DNA of 32,000 nt from Fibrobacter succinogenes subsp. succinogenes S85 (GTDB lineage: Bacteria > Fibrobacterota > Fibrobacteria > Fibrobacterales > Fibrobacteraceae). The notes below the pieces were generated by a model. It had not been told where the DNA came from. It made no database searches and was given only the letters and a program-made list of their open reading frames with translations. Positions within the stretch are counted from its first letter, which is position 1, and every line of letters begins with the position of its first letter. The stretch covers positions 3,480,001 to 3,512,000 of the forward strand of contig NC_017448.1 in assembly GCF_000146505.1 (NCBI RefSeq). Direction: 5' to 3'. The position numbers and the translations under genes were made by a program. Positions 9,013-16,576 of the stretch are shown piece by piece.

Positions 9013-9050
9013 TTTACGCAAACGCCAAAGCCTTCGAAGAATTTTTCTAG
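9013..9050 (+). pseudogene. Displaced remnant of a GH53 gene 3' end (LYANAKAFEEFF*); right copy of the direct repeat
   Basis: In-frame translation gives ...DLYANAKAFEEFF-stop against ...DVYANAKAFEEFY-stop in the live gene. No ORF lies upstream of it. It ends 3 nt from the convergent kinase stop. Confidence 0.8.
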
Positions 9051-9053
9051 GAA

Positions 9054-9959
9054 CTAAACTTTCGCCGCCATTATGTCGGCAACATTTTCCAAAGAGATTC
9101 CCTTGAGGTTTTTTCGAAGCATGACATTTAAAATGAGATACTTTATGGGGCCTGGTGCAGGGATCATGTGGTATTTTATAGTCACAGCCATGGCTAAGTG
9201 AAGCCGAATCTTTTTCCCGAACATTTCGTCTGGTTGAATTGATCTGCCAAAATATGCGGCTGTAAATTCCACCCAGTAAGCGCGCAACTGTTGTTCTGTC
9301 ATGTGAAATATTTGTTGCACGCTCTTTTTGGTACAAAGAATGTTGGTAAACATGTACAGAAGGGCTATATCAAAAAGGTAATGCCCATAGCCGAAATCGC
9401 CCATGTCTATCCAGTAATTTTCACCGGTCTTGTTTGAATGTACGATATTGCCAGGCTGGAAATCGTACTGTAGGCAACCATGACTGTCAGGAACTAGCTC
9501 TATAGCGGCCTTCAAGATATCTTTGTACTTCTTGAATGTGAATAGCTTTGGAATGGCCTTGCGTATGGTTTCTTTATAGCACAAGAATTGGGTTGGGTCG
9601 CAGTTTATGCCATGAAATTTTTTCGCTTCTTCGGCGTGGATTTTTGCGATGCGGGGCAGGTCACTTGGATTGTCGTGAATCATCCTTGTGAACGAAATTT
9701 TTTCTTGCACTTTCTCATAGATTATGCCAAGGCGTCCCGATTGACTTTCTTCAACCAGTTCGATTGCTGCAGGAGTTTTAAAGCCGACGGAAGCAATCTT
9801 TCTAGAGTTTTCAAACTCTGCGATAATGTCTTCCTTGCGCCCCTCAGGTTTCATGAGCTTGAGCATAATGCTCGAATCTGTTTTTGAAAAGTAGCTTTCT
9901 CCGAAAGCCCCTTCCCCTTGCAATTCCCAGTCATTTAAATTAATCTGTTTGTAATTCAT
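9054..9959 (-). CDS. Aminoglycoside/choline-kinase-like phosphotransferase (APH family fold)
   Basis: Gly-rich loop 'GEGAFGESY', catalytic-loop-like 'LQYDFQPGNIV' and 'WIDMGDFGYG' (DxG metal-binding). The ATG at 9959 is preferred over the TTG at 9977. Confidence 0.7.
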   Translation of the reverse strand: MNYKQINLNDWELQGEGAFGESYFSKTDSSIMLKLMKPEGRKEDIIAEFENSRKIASVGFKTPAAIELVEESQSGRLGIIYEKVQEKISFTRMIHDNPSDLPRIAKIHAEEAKKFHGINCDPTQFLCYKETIRKAIPKLFTFKKYKDILKAAIELVPDSHGCLQYDFQPGNIVHSNKTGENYWIDMGDFGYGHYLFDIALLYMFTNILCTKKSVQQIFHMTEQQLRAYWVEFTAAYFGRSIQPDEMFGKKIRLHLAMAVTIKYHMIPAPGPIKYLILNVMLRKNLKGISLENVADIMAAKV

Positions 9960-9985
9960 AATTACGAATATAAACAAAAAATTGG

Positions 9986-11242
9986 CTATGGTTCCACTCT
10001 AAATTCAAATCGGTTCTTCCAGCAACTTTCGCGTTCACCATTTTGTACGCTTTTTCCGAGGGCATCCACGCGCTTTGTTTGCGCATTCTGCATTTGCGAA
10101 GCGTCATGCCGAGAGTTTGCCGCGCGTTTTTTGTGAATGTCGCGGATTCCTGTAGTTCCTTCGCGCAAAGCAACAGCGATGCTATCTAGAATCGGATTTC
10201 CGACGCCTTCGATGTAGTCGTGCGAAACTTCCCAGACCATGATGCCTGCGTAACCGTTTTCTTTGACCCAACGCGATTTGACGGCGGAAGAATGCGGGTC
10301 TTCGAAGGTCACGTATCCGGTTGAAGATACGCCGTAGGGCTCTACAGCGACGCTGTCATAGAAGTATTTCCAGTCGGTGTTTGTGACGATATCTTTGTAT
10401 GCGATTTGCTTGGCGGTACCTTTGGTAAAGTCGGAGCCCGGTCCTGTTGCTCCTTGAAATTGAAACCCGAATGACGGAATTCCGAAGACCATCTTTTCTG
10501 TCGGGACGCCGCGCTTTTTCCAATAGTCGCGTGTTTCTTCCCACGACCATGTGGTGTATCCATCGTGCGGGTATAGCGGCGAATCGAACATGGCTTTGTC
10601 ATCCCAGTCGCCGGTGATATCGTAAGTCATAAAGCCGAGCCAGTCCAAGTTTTTCACGAGGACTTCGGCTGTGAACCATTTCCCGTAATAGGGCGAGCAG
10701 GGGAGCGCTGCGGAAAGACTTTTGTCTTTTGGGAGGGCTTCGCGAAGTTCTGTGAGCAATTTACTGTAGGCGATAGTGTCTGCTTCGGGGACGGGATTGT
10801 ATTCCCATTCCCAGTCCATGTCAAGCCCGTCAAGATTGTGGTCTGCGACGTATTTGACGAGGTTTGCTACGAATTTTTGACGGAGTGCATCGTTTGACGC
10901 AACGGGCACGAAGTTGTCGCTTTGTCCGCCACCGCCGAGCGAGACGATGACTTTTGTGCCGGCTGCATGGGCGAGCGTTACCATTTCGTCGAGTGCGCTT
11001 GGATCCTCTGCGGCGTCTCCGCGCAATGAACCATCCGTGTTTGGCGTGATGAAACTCCACAGCACGTGCGTTAATTTGTTGTACGGAACTTTGTCTACAG
11101 TGTAGGCTGGCTTGTGCCATTTGCCCCAATCCGGGTAATATCCGATAAACAAAGGTGCTGCCCACGCGGAGCAAATTCCGCCGAGTGTGAAAAGAGAACT
11201 AGCGACGAATGTTGCAAAAATATGTGAAATTCTATTCTTCAT
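9986..11242 (-). CDS. Secreted GH18 glycoside hydrolase (chitinase-like) with a basic C-terminal tail
   Basis: Signal peptide, then 'FIGYYPDWGKW' and the GH18 catalytic motif 'LDGLDMDWEWE' (DxxDxDxE). The last ~65 aa are Arg/Lys-rich. AGGAG lies upstream of the ATG. Confidence 0.85.
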   Translation of the reverse strand: MKNRISHIFATFVASSLFTLGGICSAWAAPLFIGYYPDWGKWHKPAYTVDKVPYNKLTHVLWSFITPNTDGSLRGDAAEDPSALDEMVTLAHAAGTKVIVSLGGGGQSDNFVPVASNDALRQKFVANLVKYVADHNLDGLDMDWEWEYNPVPEADTIAYSKLLTELREALPKDKSLSAALPCSPYYGKWFTAEVLVKNLDWLGFMTYDITGDWDDKAMFDSPLYPHDGYTTWSWEETRDYWKKRGVPTEKMVFGIPSFGFQFQGATGPGSDFTKGTAKQIAYKDIVTNTDWKYFYDSVAVEPYGVSSTGYVTFEDPHSSAVKSRWVKENGYAGIMVWEVSHDYIEGVGNPILDSIAVALREGTTGIRDIHKKRAANSRHDASQMQNAQTKRVDALGKSVQNGERESCWKNRFEFRVEP

Positions 11243-11266
11243 CTTTAAACTCCTAATTAACGACTC

Positions 11267-13789
11267 CTAGCCTCTCTTCAATTCGACCACATAATCCGCG
11301 GCGTCGACGAAGTCTTGTGCATGTTCAATAGCAATGACGGTGTGGCCGGCATTGCAAAGTCCGTGAATGAGCCCGAGCAACTGCTGGATATCCTTTTGAT
11401 GGAGACCGCGGGCGGGTTCGTCAAAGAGGAACAATGTGTTCGGGGCTTTGGCTCGCGCGAGTGTAATGGAGAGGCGGAGTCGAGCGCGTTCGCCACCGGA
11501 GAGGTGTGCTGTCGTTTGACCGAGACGCAAATAGTCAAGGCCTGTATCTACGAGCGGTTTGAGCTTTTCGGCGAACGGCTTCATGTTCGTGAATAGCTTG
11601 TATGCACTGCCGATTTCCATGTCCAAAATGTCGGCGATGGAAAGCGACTTGAATCGGATTTCCAAAACTTCATCACGGAAGCGCTTGCCGAGGCACACGG
11701 GGCATTCGGATTCTTCGTAGCCGAGCGGATCGTAAATGACGCCTTCTCCTTTGCAGTTCTCGCAACGGCCACCGGGGGCGTGCATGCTGAATTTGGAGGC
11801 GGTGTAGCCGCGCACTTTGCTTTCGGGGAGCTTCGCAAACAAGTCTCGCAATAGCGTGGTGAGGCCGATGGCACTCAAGACTGTGCTGCGCTTACTCCCG
11901 TGAAAATCTCCGGTCGTGAGAATCGAAAGAGCGTCGATGCCGAGCTTTTTGAATTCTTCGGCTTTGGCACGTTTGGCGATGTTTTCGAAAAGGAGTGTCG
12001 ATTTTCCGCTGCCGCTTTGGCCTGTAATCACGCTGAATTTGTTGATGGGGAAGGCGGCGTTCACCGGCGCCATGTCGAACTTCGCGAAGTTCTTGACGAG
12101 GATTGCTTGGCTTTTCTCCTCGCAATGGCATTCTACATTCCTTCCTACTTCCGACTTCCTACTTCCTACTGCTTTTATCCACATTCCCGTGGGCGATTCA
12201 GGATTCTCAAGTACTTCGTCACGAGTGCCTTGGAATAAAATTTCGCCACCTTTTTCGCCTGCGCCCGGCCCCATTTCAATAATGTAGTCTGCTCGCTTAA
12301 TGATTTGCGGATTGTGCTCAATGAGCACGAGCGTGTTGCCACGCTTGCGGATTTTTTCGAGGACTTTCCAAAGTGCAGAGACGTCACTAGCATGGAGACC
12401 GCTAGCGGGTTCGTCAAGGGCTATCAAAAGACCGTTCAAATGCCCTGTACTGAGGCTGGCGAGTTTAAGTCTTTGCAATTCGCCGCCCGAAAGCGTTTGT
12501 CCTGCGCGTCCTGGCGTGAGGTAACCAATGCCCAAATCGTTGATGGCTTCAATACGGTCGAGGAGCGAATTGAATGTCGCCTTTAAATTTTGCCCGATTT
12601 TGTTATCGAAAATTTTGTGCAAAAGCTCCGGCAATTCCGCAAATTCCGTCGTGAGAATTTGCTTGTAACTGACGTCATCTACGGTGGCGTTCAAGTATGT
12701 TTTCTTGAGGCGGAGCCCGTGACAGTGCGGGCATTCTGCGTTTTCGTCCTCGTCACTTTCTACATTGGATTCGGCGCGACCTTTGCCGCCTCCTTTCTCG
12801 TTGATTTTTGCTGGGGCAGCTTCTTGAATGATTCCCGTGCCGTAGCAATATTCGCAGACACTGGTGCGGCTGTATGGCGAGAACGCGCGTGCGTCCAGGC
12901 TGGCGACGGTTTCGTTTGACTTTTGCGATTGATGCTGCTCATCGCTTGCATTTGGGCAGCACGGCTTTGTGCTGTAGAACTTGCGTTCGCCCGCGATGTC
13001 AAGCGTGATTGCGGAATGCGTAAGCTTTAATGTGCCATCAACGGCTTCTGCGATTCGTGTGCGTGTGTTTTCACGAACGATGATTCTATCAACGATGATG
13101 AAAAATTCTTTGGGCGTCAAAACCTTTTCGCCAGGGAGCAAGTCTGCAAGCGAATACATGGTGCCATCGGCAATCGCACGTGTAAAACCCTGCGCCAAAA
13201 ATACGGCCGACAGTTTATCCAACGTCGTGCGACTCTTACTCTGCGCTTTCTTTTTGTCATTCCTGTCTGCATTGATGTCGCCCCGCACTTGTTGCGGGGT
13301 CGCCATTTCCGCATTTCCCGTTTCAATTTTCGCCAAGAACTGTAGCTTTGTCCCGATGGGCATTCCTGCGGTTTCGCGGATGATCTCTTCGCGGCTCTGG
13401 CTCACCATCGGGGCTCCGCAAATGGGGCAGGCGGGCTTTGCAAACGCAGCGAACAATGTGCGTAATGCGTTGTCACATTCGGCAATCGAAAGTGCAGATG
13501 CTTTCGCGGGAGCTTCTCCGCGCGTGGCGGCAATCGCTAAACTTGCGGGGAGTCCTTCGGCGCTGTCGAGCGGAATGCTTCGCTTGCCTCCGAGCAAATC
13601 TGCCGCAAAAGGCGAGAGCGTCTCGAGGTAGCGGCGTTTGCTTTCGCCGTGGAGCGTGTCCATCACGAGTGTCGATTTTCCGCAACCCGACGGTCCGCAT
13701 ACAACCGTAATTTTCCCCAGCGGAAACTGGGCGTCGACATTTTTTAAATTATGGAGTCTGCAACCGCGAATCGAAATGTAATCAAGCAT
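11267..13789 (-). CDS. uvrA: Excinuclease ABC subunit A-like protein (divergent, 840 aa)
   Basis: Two ABC modules with Walker A 'GPSGCGKSTL' and 'GQSGSGKSTL', signatures 'LSGGELQRL' and 'LSGGERARL', and Cys-cluster zinc modules (CPICG, CEYCYGTG, CPHCHG, CENCKGEG...CPVC). About 100 aa shorter than canonical UvrA. Confidence 0.85.
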   Translation of the reverse strand: MLDYISIRGCRLHNLKNVDAQFPLGKITVVCGPSGCGKSTLVMDTLHGESKRRYLETLSPFAADLLGGKRSIPLDSAEGLPASLAIAATRGEAPAKASALSIAECDNALRTLFAAFAKPACPICGAPMVSQSREEIIRETAGMPIGTKLQFLAKIETGNAEMATPQQVRGDINADRNDKKKAQSKSRTTLDKLSAVFLAQGFTRAIADGTMYSLADLLPGEKVLTPKEFFIIVDRIIVRENTRTRIAEAVDGTLKLTHSAITLDIAGERKFYSTKPCCPNASDEQHQSQKSNETVASLDARAFSPYSRTSVCEYCYGTGIIQEAAPAKINEKGGGKGRAESNVESDEDENAECPHCHGLRLKKTYLNATVDDVSYKQILTTEFAELPELLHKIFDNKIGQNLKATFNSLLDRIEAINDLGIGYLTPGRAGQTLSGGELQRLKLASLSTGHLNGLLIALDEPASGLHASDVSALWKVLEKIRKRGNTLVLIEHNPQIIKRADYIIEMGPGAGEKGGEILFQGTRDEVLENPESPTGMWIKAVGSRKSEVGRNVECHCEEKSQAILVKNFAKFDMAPVNAAFPINKFSVITGQSGSGKSTLLFENIAKRAKAEEFKKLGIDALSILTTGDFHGSKRSTVLSAIGLTTLLRDLFAKLPESKVRGYTASKFSMHAPGGRCENCKGEGVIYDPLGYEESECPVCLGKRFRDEVLEIRFKSLSIADILDMEIGSAYKLFTNMKPFAEKLKPLVDTGLDYLRLGQTTAHLSGGERARLRLSITLARAKAPNTLFLFDEPARGLHQKDIQQLLGLIHGLCNAGHTVIAIEHAQDFVDAADYVVELKRG

Positions 13790-13907
13790 CGTTTAAAAGA
13801 TAATTAATATGGTCGCTCAAAGCAAATTTTAGAGGTTCGTGAGTGTGAAAAAGCTATATTTAGAATAAAGAAAATCCTTCTAAACCATTTGATGATTGGT
13901 GCCTGTC

Positions 13908-14525
13908 ATGAAATTGCTTATTCCTTTTTTGCTCTCGTTATTCCTTCTCGCTTGCGGCAGCGATTCGTCAACTTCGGCGAATGATTCGGATGACGAACGA
14001 ATCACATATATAACGGACTCTCGCGATGGTCAAAAATACAAGACGGTAACTATCGGCTCGCAGACATGGATGGCGCAGAACCTGAACTACGAAACAGAAA
14101 ATAGCTATTGCTATGGCGATGATCCGGCAAATTGTTCCAAGTATGGTCGCTTGTACACTTGGGCTGCTGCGATGGAATCTTGTCCTACGGGTTGGCATTT
14201 GCCGACATTGGATGAGTTTCAAGTTTTGATTGATGCCGTTGGCGGAAAAAATATTGCGGGTAAAATGCTAAAGGCCACAAATGGCTGGGTTAAGGATGGC
14301 AACGGTACGGATGCATTCTTGTTCTCGGCTTTGCCTGCTGGTTTTGCGATTGGCAGGGGAAAATATGAGCGTGAAGGAGAATTTGCGGAATTCTGGAGCG
14401 CTACTAAATATGAACGCACTGACCCAGATTCGTATGATATCTTTTTAAGTCATTTTTCAGATGGTGCTGGTTGGGACTACTCCTCCAGACGCGATGTGTT
14501 TTCTGTCCGTTGTTTAAAGGACTAG
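13908..14525 (+). CDS. Lipoprotein with a Fibrobacter succinogenes major paralogous domain (TIGR02145-type)
   Basis: Lipobox 'LLACG', then 'TDSRDGQKYKTVTIGSQTWMAQNLNY', 'GRLYTWAAA', 'GWHLPT' and a C-terminal 'SVRCLKD'. The ATG at 13908 is preferred over the TTG at 13896. Confidence 0.85.
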   Translation: MKLLIPFLLSLFLLACGSDSSTSANDSDDERITYITDSRDGQKYKTVTIGSQTWMAQNLNYETENSYCYGDDPANCSKYGRLYTWAAAMESCPTGWHLPTLDEFQVLIDAVGGKNIAGKMLKATNGWVKDGNGTDAFLFSALPAGFAIGRGKYEREGEFAEFWSATKYERTDPDSYDIFLSHFSDGAGWDYSSRRDVFSVRCLKD

Positions 14526-14555
14526 CTTTAAGATTTCGCAGGAAGCCTCTAGTTT

Positions 14556-14966
14556 TCAGTGATTGCTAATATCGCCGAAGCTGGCTTCTATGAAGAAAAT
14601 GTGAAATACTTGTTGTTCCTGTAATCCTACTAAAACGCGATTATCCCCGCTTGAACGGAGAATGTGCAAATCTTTTACGTCAGGTGTTAGACATTCGGCT
14701 TTTGCGGTATGTTTAATCTGACCAACAGGCATTTTTTCCATGCCCCATTGATGTCGCCCTGAAGCGCGGATTCCTTGCCAACCTATTGTCGAATATTTTT
14801 TGAAACGTCCAAGTAAATCGGTAAAAAATTTTGAGTTGCTGCACTTATTGTATGATTCTTCAACCAAATATTTGAATGAAAAAAGAACGTCGTTGCTGGA
14901 TACTGCTGTTCTAGAAACACTTGCGACGCCTTGTATTGGCGGAATAATTTTGAATTTATGTGTCAT
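14556..14966 (-). CDS. Candidate toxin partner (PanT-like position) of the Panacea antitoxin; family not recognised
   Basis: 136-aa ORF starting at an ATG 5 nt after the PanA-like stop, on the same strand. The longer track ORF (start 15053) would overlap the antitoxin by 82 nt. The function is inferred only from its position. Confidence 0.45.
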   Translation of the reverse strand: MTHKFKIIPPIQGVASVSRTAVSSNDVLFSFKYLVEESYNKCSNSKFFTDLLGRFKKYSTIGWQGIRASGRHQWGMEKMPVGQIKHTAKAECLTPDVKDLHILRSSGDNRVLVGLQEQQVFHIFFIEASFGDISNH

Positions 14967-14971
14967 TTCTT

Positions 14972-15409
14972 TTAGGCGAGTCTTGTTAAGAAGAATTTCT
15001 TCATTGATTCTTGGCTGATAATGTTGCCTTTGCCTGGAGATACTGAATTCCATGGCGGCTCGCTATGTGTCATTTCTACTAGTTTTACGGCTGAATACTG
15101 GTTGTATACATCAAAGACGTTGTTGAACAAAGTTGTTTCTTCTTCGTTTAGTTTGATGTCTATTTGGGTAGGAGGTTCAATTCCCTTTGCATCATATTTT
15201 GCATATTTTTCATAGACTTCAGGAACTACAGGACCGAACATCCATGCTTCGATATTTTCGTCAAATAAAGGAGTGTCAAATGCGGCCAAATGGAAACCCT
15301 GCTCGTAGTAAAGCATTTTTTGCAGCTTGAGATTGGACATCAATTCTTGATTTCTTTCTGCAGCTTTTGATAAAAGCAATTGAGCTATTTGTAACGCCTT
15401 GTATGCCAT
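14972..15409 (-). CDS. Panacea/DUF4065 domain protein (SocA/PanA-type antitoxin)
   Basis: 'NLKLQKMLYYEQGFHLAAFDTPLFDENIEAWMFGPVVPEVYEKY' closely matches the DUF4065 core (LKLQKLLYY.QGW.L...PLF.E.IEAW.YGPV.P.VY). Confidence 0.85.
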   Translation of the reverse strand: MAYKALQIAQLLLSKAAERNQELMSNLKLQKMLYYEQGFHLAAFDTPLFDENIEAWMFGPVVPEVYEKYAKYDAKGIEPPTQIDIKLNEEETTLFNNVFDVYNQYSAVKLVEMTHSEPPWNSVSPGKGNIISQESMKKFFLTRLA

Positions 15410-15429
15410 TTATGTGCCTTTTGCCTCTA

Positions 15430-15458
15430 AAAATAAGTTTTGCAAAATCAGATGTCAA
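15430..15458 (-). promoter_or_regulatory. Sigma70-like promoter for the PanA operon (TTGACA-17 nt-TATTTT)
   Basis: The minus strand reads TTGACAtctgattttgcaaaactTATTTT, about 20 nt upstream of the ATG at 15409. Confidence 0.4.
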
Positions 15459-15597
15459 TGATTCGTATTTTTCTTGACATTTTGCAGTTTTTGCGGTTTG
15501 TGGTAAATCTACAAACGAAAATCACGAAAAACGGAAAAACACTAAATTTTGCAATCAACCGTTAGCAAGAATGTTGGAAATTTCTTTTTACAAAAAT

Positions 15598-15605
15598 TAT
15601 ATTTG
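15598..15605 (+). promoter_or_regulatory. TATATTTG box 5 nt upstream of the ATG at 15611
   Basis: Reads ...AAATTATATTTGAAATTATG. The spacing (5 nt) is the same as at 1776-1783(-). Confidence 0.45.
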
Positions 15606-15610
15606 AAATT

Positions 15611-16567
15611 ATGAAAAATCTATTGATTTCTTTGTTGATTTTATTGCTTTCAACAGACATTTTCGCGGCGTATGTGGCCGTTTTGGAAACGGGAGCTGAT
15701 GGTAATGCAAGGGAAATTGTTTCTCTTACCGACCGTCAATATCTTACGAATGTTTTGCGTGAAGAAGCTGTGACGCAATTGCCTGCGACGCAAAACTACA
15801 CGATTATGACCCGCGAAAACATTATGCAGATGCTCCCTCCAGGGAAAGCAATTGAAGATTGCGAAGGCAGTTGCCTTGTTGAAACAGGCAAGAACATCGC
15901 TGCGGATTACGTTTGCCAAGCACGTGTGGGTAGCTTTGGTGGCGACCTGACTTTGTCTGCGGAACTTTACGAAACGGCGGGAAATAAGCTCATCGCAAGT
16001 TTCAACGGTCAAGGATCTGACGTGAAGGATCTCCTAGCTCTTGTTCGCGAAAAGTCGGCTGAATTTTTTGGCGTTGTGAAAAATATGACTCAACCAGTAT
16101 CCGAACCCGTTGTTGCTGAAGTTAATGAGATGGCTCCGGTTCCTGCAGAAAACGTTGCTGATGAACAAAAAACTGAAATGCCTATTGTGAATCCTAAAGC
16201 ATCTGATTCGGTGCGTGTGCTTGCAAATGATGCCTATAATGAAGTGGATGGTAAAACAACACCGCAAGTGGGCGAGAGCATCCCTGCAAATGTAGGTGGC
16301 GATTCTGCTGAAAATGCTTCTGCTGAAAACGTTGCTAAAAAGAGCGGGCCTCGTTGGGTTGTACTTGGCATTGGTGCTGCGGTAACGGTGACTGGCGTTG
16401 TACTCGCTGTGGTTGGGAACAGCAAGGCTAAGGATGCTGCTGAAAGGAATAGCGTCGACTTGCACCGGGATTTGGATGATGCAAAAACGGGTCAGACGCT
16501 TCGTGGTGTTGGTATTGGTGTTGCTATTGCTGGTGCAATTGGTATTGGTCTCAGTTTTGTGTTTTAG
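15611..16567 (+). CDS. Secreted/tail-anchored protein with an LpoB/CsgG-like N-domain, an acidic linker and two C-terminal TM helices
   Basis: Signal peptide, then 'VAVLE...GKNIAADYVCQARVGSFGGDLTLSAELYETAGNKLIAS', a pattern seen in LpoB/CsgG/TolB-N-like domains. C-terminal helices are 'WVVLGIGAAVTVTGVVLAVVG' and 'GVGIGVAIAGAIGIGLSFVF'. Confidence 0.65.
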   Translation: MKNLLISLLILLLSTDIFAAYVAVLETGADGNAREIVSLTDRQYLTNVLREEAVTQLPATQNYTIMTRENIMQMLPPGKAIEDCEGSCLVETGKNIAADYVCQARVGSFGGDLTLSAELYETAGNKLIASFNGQGSDVKDLLALVREKSAEFFGVVKNMTQPVSEPVVAEVNEMAPVPAENVADEQKTEMPIVNPKASDSVRVLANDAYNEVDGKTTPQVGESIPANVGGDSAENASAENVAKKSGPRWVVLGIGAAVTVTGVVLAVVGNSKAKDAAERNSVDLHRDLDDAKTGQTLRGVGIGVAIAGAIGIGLSFVF

Positions 16568-16576
16568 GAAGATGCT

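Noticed and set aside
12981-13631. 216-aa plus-strand ORF inside uvrA
   Set aside because: It is antisense to a CDS with Walker and zinc-finger motifs, and its Ser/Ala-rich product has no features.
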